Shown: positions 1-9,590, counted from the first letter of the stretch. The stretch is 32,000 nt of DNA from Synechocystis sp. PCC 6803 substr. PCC-P (GCF_000284455.1 NC_017039.1:480001-512000); one strand, 5' to 3'. Notes: generated by a model from the sequence alone, not told the origin. Made by a program: numbers and translations.

Positions 1-2362
1 CATGTTGATGGCGCAAAATAGCTTCCTGGGCAATTACACCTAAATCAGAACCTTGGATGCGGGAAGAAGTGCGGCAGAAATATTCATCAATCACACTCTG
101 ATTTAAGCCCACCGCTTCAAAAATTTGGGCACCTCGGTAACTTTGGATGGTGGAAATGCCGATTTTAGAAGCAACTTTAATTACCCCTTTGGTGGCGGCT
201 TTGATATAGTTTTTGCAAGCGGTTTTGTGATCCACATTAACCAGTAAACCTTCGGCGATCATACCGTCCAAAGTTTCAAAAGCTAAGTAAGGATTAATGG
301 CTCCACAACCGTAACCGAGTAGGACAGCAAAATGATGCACTTCCCTCGGTTCCCCAGATTCCAATACTAGACCCACCTTGGTACGGGAACCGTTGCGAAT
401 CAAATGGTGATGTAACCCCGACACCGCCAGCAGAGCAGGGATAGCCGCTTTTTCCGCACTAACTTGGCGATCGCTGAGAATGATTAGGTTAGCTCCTTGG
501 GAAATGGCCTGGTCAGCTTCCGTAAACAAATTATCTAACGCAGTTTTAAGGCCCGCTTCCCCTTGGTTCGGATCAAACAAAATGTCTAGGGTGACGGATT
601 TAAATTCATCGTCGTCTAACGCTTTGAGCTTAGCTAGATCTTCGTTGGTTAAAATGGGAGTTTTCAACTCAATTAAGCGGCAACTTTCTGGCCGAGGATC
701 AAGCAAATTACCTTCACCACCAATGGTGGTTTCTGCGGAAGTAATAATTTCTTCCCGAATGGAATCAATGGGGGGATTGGTAACCTGGGCAAATAATTGT
801 TGGAAATAGTTGTAGAGTAATTTGGGCTTGTCAGATAGTACAGCCAACGGAGTATCCGCCCCCATGGAACCGATCGCCTCCACCCCATCCCGACCCATGG
901 GAGCTAGGAGAATACGCAATTCCTCAAAGGTGTAACCAAAGGCCATTTGCCGTTGCCGTAAACTTTCTGCATCGGTGCCAGGAACATTGCCGGGGGAGGG
1001 TAATTGCTCCAGGGATTTCAAATTAGCCGCTAGCCATTCACCGTAGGGATGCTGACTGACAATCTCCTGCTTAATTTCTTCGTCGGCAATGATGCGCCCC
1101 TGTTCCATATCCACCAAGAACATCCGCCCTGGTTGTAGGCGACCTTTCTTGGCCACCCGCTCCGGTTCAATGGGCAATACTCCTGCTTCGGAGGCCATAA
1201 TCACCAGATCATCTTTGGTGACGTAGTAGCGGGAAGGACGCAAACCATTACGATCCAACACTGCCCCCATCATTTTGCCGTTGGTGAAGGCAATGGAGGC
1301 CGGGCCATCCCAGGGTTCCATCAAACAGGAATGGTATTTATAAAACGCTTTCTTTTCCTGACTCATGGATTCGTGGGCACTCCAGGGTTCGGGAATCATC
1401 ATCATCACCGCATGGGGTAGGGAGCGGCCAGCCAGATAAAGCAGTTCCAACGCATTATCAAAAATGGTGGAATCACTGCCGTCAATGTTAATCACCGGCT
1501 GAACCTTGGCCATATCTTCCCCAAACAGGGACGATTCAAACAGGGCCTGGCGGGCCTGCATCCAGTTGACGTTGCCCCGCATGGTATTGATTTCGCCATT
1601 ATGGGCAATGTAGCGGTAGGGGTGGGAGCGCTCCCAACTGGGAAAGGTATTAGTGCTAAAGCGGGAATGGACAAGGGCCAGGGCACTTTCCATGTCCGGG
1701 TCATGCAATTCCGGATAATACTGCCCCACCTGGGCTGTGGTCAGCATCCCCTTATAAACCAACGTCCGAGCCGATAAACTAGCCACATACCAATAGGTAT
1801 CAATTTTCGGCGATCGGATTGCCCCGTGGGTCAACTTACGGATTACGTATAATTTGCGCTCAAAGTCCAGGTCATCAGTCAAGCCTTCCGGCCGGGCAAT
1901 GTAAACCTGTTGCATAAACGGTTCACTGGCGATCGCCGTTTCCCCCAGGGGTTCGTTCTGAGTAGGAATGTCCCGCCAACCCAAAACTTTTAAGCCTTCT
2001 TGGGCAACAATGTCATTGAATTTTTGACGAGCTTCAGCCCTGGCCAATGGATCGGGGGAACCGTAAATGTTGCCCACGGCATACTGCCCCGGAGCAGGAA
2101 TGGTGATGCCTTCCGCCCCGGCTATTTTTTGGATAAATTTATGGGGAACTTGGATTAAAATACCGGCCCCATCCCCGGTGTTTGGTTCACAGCCACAGGC
2201 CCCCCGATGCTCCAAATTAACCAACATTTGCAGGCCCTGCTCCACAATATCGTGGGAAACTTTGCCCTTCATCTGCACAATAAAACCTACCCCACAGGCA
2301 TCATGTTCATTTTGCGGATCGTAAAGACCTTGGACTTGGGGGGCGAGGTGAGAGCTGTTCAT
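1..2362 (-). CDS. gltB: Glutamate synthase (GOGAT) large subunit, N-terminal ~787 codons; the gene continues beyond window position 1
   Basis: Absent from the ORF track because no stop lies in the window. Reverse-strand reading from ATG (2362-2360) gives [76 protein letters not shown]. This is a short propeptide plus the catalytic Cys of the CGVGF Ntn-amidotransferase motif. Around 1300-1410 the same frame reads [35 protein letters not shown], a conserved GOGAT core. The N-terminus differs from my memory of Fd-GOGAT GlsF (CGVGFIANLRGK...), hence gltB; the symbol is from memory. Confidence 0.85.
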
Positions 2363-2439
2363 AGGACTGGTAACCGTACAAAAGTTTGGAACGAGGGGGT
2401 GAAGACCTTCGTGGCAGGGCATTCCCCGGTTTTTGAATT

Positions 2440-2453
2440 GTAGCGGTCATTAC
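2440..2453. promoter_or_regulatory. Candidate NtcA-type box (GTA-N8-TAC) upstream of gltB
   Basis: GTAGCGGTCATTAC read directly, 78-91 nt upstream of the gltB ATG. No convincing TAN3T -10 element about 22 nt downstream on either strand. The 6 specified bases are expected by chance several times in 32 kb. Confidence 0.2.
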
Positions 2454-2643
2454 GGGGGGGAGGTAGGTTTCCTTAATGAATCTATTAAGTTTTGCTCAAA
2501 TTTCAGATTCTTTGTCGAGAAAAGGTAACAAATTTAACTATTTTGTTGTGGTTAGTTCCAGCGTTGAACAATTCCCCCTAAATAATGTCTAAAAGCCATC
2601 AGTTAAACTGAAGGTCAGTCCCTAGCTGCTGGAGACCACCGCT

Positions 2644-3301
2644 ATGAGCGTAGCCCTAGATCGGCAAATAGTTTATCCCGACAGTGATGGACAACCCATG
2701 GCTGACAACACCAAGCAATTCAGTTGGATTGTTCTATTAAAAGAAAATCTGGAGTGTCTTTTTGCTAATAACTCCGATGTTTTTGTGGCGGGGGATCTGC
2801 TCTGATATCCCGTGGAGGGTAAGCCAGAAATCCGGGTTGCCCCCGATGTTTTTGTCGTTTTGGGCCGACCTAAGGGCGATCGGGGCTCCTACCGTCAATG
2901 GCAGGAAGGTAATCAACCGCCCCAAGTGGTATTTGAGGTGCTATCCCCCGGTAATCGTCTGAAGGAGATGAACAAAAAAAGAGACTTTGTATGATTTTTA
3001 CGGCGTAGAGGAATACTATGTCTATGACCCAGATAATAATGAACTGGTGGGTTTGCAACGGTGGCAGGGTAAGTTAACGGTCATTGATGAAGTGGAGTAT
3101 TGGACGAGTCCCCTTTTAGGCATCCATTTTGAACTTACCCCGGAGAATTTACAGATTTTCTATCCCGATCGCCGTCCATTTTTAAGCACTGTGGCTCTGG
3201 CGGCGTTGACGGAACAGGCGGAAAAACGGGCAGAGTTAGCTGAGGCGGAAAATGCTCGCTTGAAGGAGTTACTACGGCAGGCAGGGGTCATTGAGTTTTA
3301 A
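2644..3301 (+). pseudogene. Uma2/DUF820 family (restriction-endonuclease-like fold) gene disrupted by one in-frame TGA and one frameshift
   Basis: Piece 1 (2644-2802) reads MSVALDRQIVYPDSDGQPMADNTKQFSWIVLLKENLECLFANNSDVFVAGDLL. An in-frame TGA follows at 2803-2805, where family members usually have Trp (TGG). The same frame continues YPVEGKPEIRVAPDVFVVLGRPKGDRGSYRQWQEGNQPPQVVFEVLSPGNRLKEMNKK. Reading must then move from frame 1 to frame 2 at the A7 run 2974-2980 to continue LYDFYGVEEYYVYDPDNNELVGLQRWQ... to the TAA at 3299-3301. The ORF track shows the pieces as 2812..2994 and 2987..3301. Confidence 0.8.
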
Positions 3302-3427
3302 CCTCGGCGGGCTTTGACTTTAAATCCATTCTAATCACACTAGCCAAATCAACTGGCCACTAACCCGCCTTCGTTACCGGGGAAATTGTTTAAGGTGGAG
3401 TAAAAAGGAACGCAATCAATTGGCGCT

Positions 3428-4666
3428 ATGTTGATCCCATTTCTGTTTAAGCTTACCCTCCCCTTGGCCAGCGGCATTGCCCTCTCAAGCTGTGGAACGT
3501 TACCGGAGGCCGACCTTGGAACCGCAGCAGGAAATCAAACTTCTTCTGAGCCGACCAATTCGGTGGAGATTGTGCAAGCTAATCAACCGGAGATTAAAGC
3601 AGTGCCAGTGATCGATGGTTTAGAACATCCCTGGGGTATGGCTTGGCTACCCAATGGCGACATTTTAATTACCGAACGGCCGGGGCGACTCCGCATTGTC
3701 CGTGATGGCGTTTTAGATCCAGAGGCGATCGCCGGGGTGGTGGCAGTTTCCACGGTTTCTGCCCAACAACTGTTTGCTTCCCAACAGGGGGGCTTACTGG
3801 ATATTGCCTTGCATCCCCGTTTTGCAGAAAATCGCTTTGTCTATTTCACCTACTCCCACGGCACCCAACAGGCCAATCGCACTAGGGTGGCCCGGGCAGT
3901 TTTTGATGGAGAAAAACTGACGGATTGGCAAGTCATCTTTGAAGTGGGACAAACTAAACCCGGCGGTCAGCACTTTGGCTCCCGCTTAACTTGGTTGCCG
4001 GACGAAACTCTTTTGGTTTCCATTGGCGACGGCGGTAATCCCCCGGTGGAATTGGAGGGAGATTTTATCCGTCAACAGGCCCAAAATCGGGCTAGTCACC
4101 TTGGGAAAATTATTCGCATCAATGACGATGGCACCGTGCCTGCCGATAATCCTTTTCGCAACGACCCCAAGGCGGCCCCGGAAGTTTGGAGCTACGGCCA
4201 TCGCAATATCCAGGGCTTGGCCTATGATCCCGTTACCCAAAAGGTATGGGCTACGGAGCACGGCTCTAGGGGCGGTGATGAACTGAATTTAATTCAAAAA
4301 GGAAAAAACTACGGTTGGCCGGTGGTGTCCTTCAGTAAAGAATACAGTACAGACCAGCCCGTTGCTCCGGCCACATCCCGCCCTGACATGGTGGATCCTC
4401 TCCAGATTTGGACTCCGGCTATTGCCCCTTCCGGTTTAACCATCTACAACGGCGATCGCCATCCAGAGTGGCAGGGAACCATTTTTGCTGGGGGGTTAGT
4501 GGACAGGGGCATCCGCCATTTACGGCTCGATGAAAATAACCAAATTATCGATGAAACCACTATTTCTATTGGCCAAAGGGTGAGGGATGTGCGCCAAGGC
4601 CCCGATGGCCATGTTTATGTTTTAACTGATCAAAATAATGGGCAATTACTGCGACTGGAATCGTAA
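3428..4666 (+). CDS. PQQ-dependent soluble sugar (glucose/sorbosone) dehydrogenase family beta-propeller protein, probable lipoprotein
   Basis: 412-aa ORF. The N-terminus MLIPFLFKLTLPLASGIALSSCGT has a lipobox-like LSSC. GSDH-family blocks are HPWGMAWLPNGDILITERPGRLRIV, GGLLDIALHPRF, HFGSRLTWLPDETLLVSIGDGG, GKIIRINDDGTVPADNPF, WSYGHRNIQGLAYDP and EHGSRGGDELNLIQKGKNYGWP. Confidence 0.85.
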   Translation: MLIPFLFKLTLPLASGIALSSCGTLPEADLGTAAGNQTSSEPTNSVEIVQANQPEIKAVPVIDGLEHPWGMAWLPNGDILITERPGRLRIVRDGVLDPEAIAGVVAVSTVSAQQLFASQQGGLLDIALHPRFAENRFVYFTYSHGTQQANRTRVARAVFDGEKLTDWQVIFEVGQTKPGGQHFGSRLTWLPDETLLVSIGDGGNPPVELEGDFIRQQAQNRASHLGKIIRINDDGTVPADNPFRNDPKAAPEVWSYGHRNIQGLAYDPVTQKVWATEHGSRGGDELNLIQKGKNYGWPVVSFSKEYSTDQPVAPATSRPDMVDPLQIWTPAIAPSGLTIYNGDRHPEWQGTIFAGGLVDRGIRHLRLDENNQIIDETTISIGQRVRDVRQGPDGHVYVLTDQNNGQLLRLES

Positions 4667-4708
4667 ATCCACTGACTAAAGCTCCAGCAATAATCTAATT
4701 TCTTCCCC

Positions 4709-4760
4709 AAAAACTATCCGCTCTCCCAAACGCTGACTTGCAGCAATTTTAGGAGAGCGG
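4709..4760 (-). terminator. Candidate intrinsic terminator / structured hairpin downstream of cbiA
   Basis: A perfect 9-bp stem, CCGCTCTCC (4718-4726) / GGAGAGCGG (4752-4760), has an inner 4-bp stem GCTG/CAGC. On the minus strand it is followed by ATAGTTTTT (plus-strand A5 at 4709-4713). It lies about 140 nt past the cbiA stop and about 50 nt past the convergent dehydrogenase stop. Confidence 0.3.
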
Positions 4761-4900
4761 TCTAGGGGGTCAGCTTGGTTGAAACCTGACTGCCGGAAGG
4801 AACTTTAAACGTAGCTAATTCGGATTTTTGGGAATAGTTACTCTAAAGAACGGCCCCGGCCCACAGCCGGCTAACTTCAACCAAACGACCCAGGCACATA

Positions 4901-6349
4901 CTACTCTCTACCATGGGCATCACCTCCTGTATTCCTTAACGGTACTGACTTAAAGGGTGGATGCTTCCCAAGGTAACTCAACTTTTTTTGAAAGGCAAGA
5001 CAAGCGGCTCGGAATTTTTCCACGGTGGAAATTTGACTGCCCCAATGGAGGTGGAGATAGGAAGCCTGAACAGACCCTACACACCATCCATCCGTTGTGT
5101 TTTGGTCTATGGCCAGTAGTCCCCGTTGGCGGTAGAGAGCTTGGTTAGGGAGTTTCGTCATCTGGGAACGGTGAAATTCATGGCCTCGTAGGGATTCTGT
5201 TTGCCATAACCAACTGTGGGAATTAACCACCTGGGCTTGGCGGTATCCCAAACTGAGTTTTCCCCCCATGGTGACGGCGGTGGGTAACATTTCCAGCATG
5301 GGAAAAATTTGTCCCTCAAAGTTAGTTAGGCTTTGGCTTAGGTACATTAAACCGCCACACTCTCCGTAGGTGGGCAATCCCTGGTGAATTAGGGTTTTGA
5401 GTTGATCTTTTAAGGCTTGATTTTGGCTTAATTGCTCGGCAAAAAGTTCGGGAAAGCCACCACCAAGGTAAACCCCATCGATCGCCGGCGGAAGTTCGGT
5501 ATCTTCTAGGGGGCTAAAGGGAATGAGTTCAAAACCACAGTGGGTGAGCAAATCTAGGTTATCAGCGTAGTAAAAGTTAAACGCTTGATCTTGGGCGATC
5601 GCCAACCGGGCTTGGGGAGATTTTTGGGGAACATCAAACAAGCTCATAGGACTGGGCAAATTCCTGGGGGTTTCCAAGAGCGGGAGAAGTTTGGGCCAAT
5701 CCAATTGCTGGGCGGCCACATGGGCTAACTGGTCAAAATATTGCTGAATTTGGGGTAACTCACCACACGGAACTAAACCCAAATGGCGATCGGGCAGAGT
5801 TAAATCCTGCTGACGAAAAAATACCCCCAGAATGGGAATACGCAAGGGTTCCAACGCAATTTTGAGCAATTCTAAATGGCGATCACCCCCTACCCGGTTA
5901 AGAATTACCCCGACTAAATTTACCCCCGGTTGCCAATGGCGATAACCCTGGACAATGGCGGCAACGGAACCGGATAAACGCTGGCAATCCATCACAAAAA
6001 CGATGGGCAAATTGAGCAAGCGAGCAATGTGGGCAGTGGAACTGTAATCGGTCAAACCTTGGTAGGGCACCCCGTCAAATAAGCCCATTACCCCTTCAAT
6101 CAAACTGTAGGGAGTGCCTTGGCTGTGGTAGTGGAAACACCTTTGTACATAGGCTTCGGAAGTTAAAAAGGGGTCTAGGTTACGACAAGGCCGCCCCGTA
6201 ATTTGGCTGTGGAACATGGGGTCAATGTAGTCCGGCCCCACTTTGAAGGACTGCACCCTTAGTTTTTGCCGGGCCAGGTAGGCCAACATGGCCAGGGTGA
6301 TGGTGGTTTTGCCGGCACCGCTTCTTTCCCCCGCAATAATTACCGTCAT
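4901..6349 (-). CDS. cbiA: Cobyrinate a,c-diamide synthase (glutamine-hydrolysing)
   Basis: 482-aa ORF. The N-terminal P-loop reads MTVIIAGERSGAGKTTITLAMLAYL...FKVGPDYIDPMFH. The C-terminal glutamine amidotransferase has the nucleophile context GLPTYGECGGLMYL and HEFH. Its ATG overlaps the stop of the upstream gene (ATGA at 6346-6349). Confidence 0.9.
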   Translation of the reverse strand: MTVIIAGERSGAGKTTITLAMLAYLARQKLRVQSFKVGPDYIDPMFHSQITGRPCRNLDPFLTSEAYVQRCFHYHSQGTPYSLIEGVMGLFDGVPYQGLTDYSSTAHIARLLNLPIVFVMDCQRLSGSVAAIVQGYRHWQPGVNLVGVILNRVGGDRHLELLKIALEPLRIPILGVFFRQQDLTLPDRHLGLVPCGELPQIQQYFDQLAHVAAQQLDWPKLLPLLETPRNLPSPMSLFDVPQKSPQARLAIAQDQAFNFYYADNLDLLTHCGFELIPFSPLEDTELPPAIDGVYLGGGFPELFAEQLSQNQALKDQLKTLIHQGLPTYGECGGLMYLSQSLTNFEGQIFPMLEMLPTAVTMGGKLSLGYRQAQVVNSHSWLWQTESLRGHEFHRSQMTKLPNQALYRQRGLLAIDQNTTDGWCVGSVQASYLHLHWGSQISTVEKFRAACLAFQKKLSYLGKHPPFKSVPLRNTGGDAHGRE

Positions 6350-7455
6350 TGTTGTTTTTTTTCCTTGACCTGTCCCAATTCCCGGGTAATTAAATTTTCA
6401 ATTAACTCTAGCAACTGTTCCTGACCCCAATTTTTGTAAAGGTGGGCGGCGATCGCCATGGCCCCGGCCCCCACCCCTTCTTTGACAAAGCCCTGTTCAT
6501 AGACCTGCAGTTGAGGATAAACCGACGATGAAAAACTGAGTTGCGGAGCTAGTAGGGACACTGGGGCAAGCAAATTTGCCAGACCCACCGTATCACCACT
6601 GGCATCTTCGCAGACCCATTTGGTTGTACCCACCACTAGGCGGGAAAAATCCACTGCTAGATTCTGTTGTCGAGTCAAGGCTTGGATCAGGGCATATACC
6701 GCCAACATCTGGGTTCCCCCGGCTAACATCACCCCCGTGCTATGACTAGCGGCGATCGCCATACCGGCCACGACCATTTGCATTGGATCCCCAACGGCGG
6801 CCACAACTTCCATGGCATTGAGATGCGGGGAATGATGTTCTAGACTCTGACGCACCAAAGCCAATTTTTGTTGATGGTTGCAATGGGGATGACTACTGTT
6901 CACTTTGCCCCCAGCGTCAATGCCTAGACCTAGCAGTACCCCCAGGGCTGTGGTAGTGCCCCCCACCACGCATTCGCTTAGCACTAAGTAACTTTCGGCA
7001 TGTTCCTGGGCTAACTGTGCGCCCCACTGCAAACCCTGCTGAAAAAGATGCTCCACCAGGGCCAACGGTAACGCTTGCCCTGTGGAAAGACAGCGGGCGG
7101 GTTGTCCGTCTAGATTGATGACTGGCACCGCTGGGGGAATGGGTAAACCAGAGTTAAATAAATAAACCGGAGTATGGAGGGCATCCACCAACGCTTTGGT
7201 GATGAACACTGGGGAAACCCCAGAAATGAGGGGAGGTAAGGGATAGGTTGCCCCTGCCGTAGTTCCCTTGATTAAAAATTCCGCATCGGCGATCGCCGTC
7301 AATTTTCGATCAGCGGGGGTTTTACCCGCCGCAGAAATGCCCGGAATTAAACCAGTTTCCGTAAAGCCCAACACACAGACAAACACCGGTGGACAGTGGC
7401 CATGGCGCTCAATCCAGGATAAAGCTTGGTCAGACTGGGTATAAACTGTCAACAT
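6346..7455 (-). CDS. UPF0284 / archaeal-type CobT-like protein (putative nicotinate-nucleotide:base phosphoribosyltransferase homolog)
   Basis: ORF 6346..7521. I prefer the internal ATG at 7455 (MLTVYTQSDQALSWIERHGHCPPVFVCVLGFTETGLIPGISAAGKTPADRKLTAIADAEF) because the longer form overlaps the divergent aas ORF. The family assignment is from memory of the UPF0284 name for the Synechocystis homolog. The gene is translationally coupled to cbiA. Confidence 0.65.
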   Translation of the reverse strand: MLTVYTQSDQALSWIERHGHCPPVFVCVLGFTETGLIPGISAAGKTPADRKLTAIADAEFLIKGTTAGATYPLPPLISGVSPVFITKALVDALHTPVYLFNSGLPIPPAVPVINLDGQPARCLSTGQALPLALVEHLFQQGLQWGAQLAQEHAESYLVLSECVVGGTTTALGVLLGLGIDAGGKVNSSHPHCNHQQKLALVRQSLEHHSPHLNAMEVVAAVGDPMQMVVAGMAIAASHSTGVMLAGGTQMLAVYALIQALTRQQNLAVDFSRLVVGTTKWVCEDASGDTVGLANLLAPVSLLAPQLSFSSSVYPQLQVYEQGFVKEGVGAGAMAIAAHLYKNWGQEQLLELIENLITRELGQVKEKKQQ

Positions 7456-7568
7456 ATTTCTGCAAGAGTGGGCCCAATTGGGAAAATCAACCTCAAATCC
7501 ATTGGAATAGCCTTTTTTCAACCGTAAAAATCCAACTTTCTCTCTTCCCTTCTTCCTTCCATCTGATT

Positions 7569-9479
7569 ATGGTTACGCCAATTAACTACCATTCCATCCA
7601 TTGCCTGGCGGATATCTGGGCTATCACCGGAGAAAATTTTGCCGATATTGTGGCCCTCAACGATCGCCATAGTCATCCCCCCGTAACTTTAACCTATGCC
7701 CAATTGCGGGAAGAAATTACAGCTTTTGCCGCTGGCCTACAGAGTTTAGGAGTTACCCCCCATCAACACCTGGCCATTTTCGCCGACAACAGCCCCCGGT
7801 GGTTTATCGCCGATCAAGGCAGTATGTTGGCTGGAGCCGTCAACGCCGTCCGTTCTGCCCAAGCAGAGCGCCAGGAATTACTCTACATCCTAGAAGACAG
7901 CAACAGCCGTACTTTAATCGCAGAAAATCGGCAAACCCTAAGCAAATTGGCCCTAGATGGCGAAACCATTGACCTGAAACTAATCATCCTCCTCACCGAT
8001 GAAGAAGTGGCAGAGGACAGCGCCATTCCCCAATATAACTTTGCCCAGGTCATGGCCCTAGGGGCCGGCAAAATCCCCACTCCCGTTCCCCGCCAGGAAG
8101 AAGATTTAGCCACCCTGATCTACACCTCCGGCACCACAGGACAACCCAAAGGGGTGATGCTCAGCCACGGTAATTTATTGCACCAAGTACGGGAATTGGA
8201 TTCGGTGATTATTCCCCGCCCCGGCGATCAGGTGTTGAGCATTTTGCCCTGTTGGCACTCCCTAGAAAGAAGCGCCGAATATTTTCTTCTTTCCCGGGGC
8301 TGCACGATGAACTACACCAGCATTCGCCATTTCAAGGGGGATGTGAAGGACATTAAACCCCATCACATTGTCGGTGTGCCCCGGCTGTGGGAATCCCTCT
8401 ACGAAGGGGTACAAAAAACGTTCCGGGAAAAGTCCCCTGGGCAACAAAAGCTAATTAATTTCTTTTTCGGCATTTCCCAAAAATATATTTTGGCCAAACG
8501 CATTGCCAATAACCTGAGCTTGAACCATCTCCACGCTTCGGCGATCGCCAGGTTGGTGGCCCGGTGCCAAGCCTTGGTGCTTAGTCCTCTCCATTACCTC
8601 GGGGACAAAATTGTCTACCATAAGGTACGCCAGGCCGCTGGGGGCAGACTGGAAACTCTCATTTCCGGAGGAGGGGCGTTAGCTAGACATTTAGATGATT
8701 TTTACGAAATCACCAGCATTCCCGTCCTGGTGGGCTATGGCTTAACGGAAACGGCCCCAGTAACTAATGCCAGGGTGCATAAACATAATTTGCGCTATTC
8801 CTCTGGCCGCCCCATTCCTTTCACAGAAATTCGTATTGTTGACATGGAAACCAAGGAGGATTTGCCCCCCGAAACCCAAGGTCTTGTGCTAATCCGTGGT
8901 CCCCAGGTGATGCAGGGCTATTACAACAAGCCGGAAGCCACCGCCAAAGTTTTAGACCAGGAAGGCTGGTTCGACAGCGGTGACTTAGGCTGGGTAACGC
9001 CCCAAAATGATTTGATTCTCACCGGTCGGGCCAAGGACACCATTGTGCTCAGTAACGGGGAAAATGTGGAACCCCAACCCATTGAAGATGCCTGTTTACG
9101 CAGTGCCTACATTGACCAGATTATGCTGGTGGGCCAGGATCAAAAATCCTTGGGGGCTTTGATTGTGCCCAACTTCGATGCATTGCAAAAATGGGCAGAG
9201 ACGAAAAATTTACAAATCACCGTGCCGGAACCGTCGGCTAGCAGTGAAGGGATGCAGGCTAGTGGTTTGTATGACCCCCAAGTGGTGGGGTTAATGCGGT
9301 CGGAGTTGCATCGGGAAGTGCGCGATCGCCCTGGCTACCGAGCCGATGACCAGATTAAGGATTTCCGTTTTATCCCAGCACCATTTTCCCTGGAAAACGG
9401 CATGATGACCCAAACCTTGAAGCTCAAACGACCAGTGGTAACCCAAACTTATCAACATTTAATTGACGAAATGTTTTAA
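7569..9479 (+). CDS. aas: Acyl-ACP synthetase / long-chain fatty-acid ligase (AMP-binding superfamily)
   Basis: ORF 7389..9479, 696 aa from a GTG start; the first ATG is at 7569 (MVTPINYHSIHCLADIWAITGENFADIVAL). The AMP-binding signature is LIYTSGTTGQPKGVMLSH, and later blocks are GYGLTETAP and WFDSGDLG. The 696-aa length matches my memory of the database entry slr1609. However, that start overlaps the divergent gene, so the start codon is uncertain. Confidence 0.85.
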   Translation: MVTPINYHSIHCLADIWAITGENFADIVALNDRHSHPPVTLTYAQLREEITAFAAGLQSLGVTPHQHLAIFADNSPRWFIADQGSMLAGAVNAVRSAQAERQELLYILEDSNSRTLIAENRQTLSKLALDGETIDLKLIILLTDEEVAEDSAIPQYNFAQVMALGAGKIPTPVPRQEEDLATLIYTSGTTGQPKGVMLSHGNLLHQVRELDSVIIPRPGDQVLSILPCWHSLERSAEYFLLSRGCTMNYTSIRHFKGDVKDIKPHHIVGVPRLWESLYEGVQKTFREKSPGQQKLINFFFGISQKYILAKRIANNLSLNHLHASAIARLVARCQALVLSPLHYLGDKIVYHKVRQAAGGRLETLISGGGALARHLDDFYEITSIPVLVGYGLTETAPVTNARVHKHNLRYSSGRPIPFTEIRIVDMETKEDLPPETQGLVLIRGPQVMQGYYNKPEATAKVLDQEGWFDSGDLGWVTPQNDLILTGRAKDTIVLSNGENVEPQPIEDACLRSAYIDQIMLVGQDQKSLGALIVPNFDALQKWAETKNLQITVPEPSASSEGMQASGLYDPQVVGLMRSELHREVRDRPGYRADDQIKDFRFIPAPFSLENGMMTQTLKLKRPVVTQTYQHLIDEMF

Positions 9480-9590
9480 GAACCTGTTTATAAAGTCTGA
9501 TTCTGCCCCCTAAATCCCCCAATACTGGGGGACTTTGACTTAGTTTCCCCCCAAACTTGGGGGGCCAGGGGGGCTTTTCAAACACGATCT
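9480..9590 (+). repeat. 111-nt MITE-like repeat, copy A (inverted partner at 16312-16422)
   Basis: It starts on the base after the aas TAA. It contains hairpins CCCCC-aatact-GGGGG (9516-9531) and CCCCCC-aaactt-GGGGGG (9547-9564). Its ends are imperfectly inverted (TGTTTATAAAG ... CTTTTCAAACA). Hand alignment to the reverse complement of copy B gives 107/111 identical, with mismatches at 9508, 9524, 9556 and 9587. Confidence 0.9.

Noticed and set aside
480-2443. Track ORFs 480..809, 673..888, 1492..1704, 2067..2324 and 2207..2443
   Set aside because: All fall within, or just at the 5' end of, the minus-strand gltB coding region, which the track omits because it has no in-window stop. None has a recognisable protein motif.
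2525-2538. A second NtcA-like site, GTAACAAATTTAAC (GTA-N8-AAC)
   Set aside because: It is imperfect, lies about 165 nt from the gltB ATG, and has no suitably spaced -10. It is mentioned only as context for the 2440-2453 site.
9516-9564. G5/C5 and G6/C6 hairpins considered as possible CRISPR-like repeats
   Set aside because: There are only two dispersed copies in opposite orientation, no regular repeat-spacer periodicity, and no cas genes.
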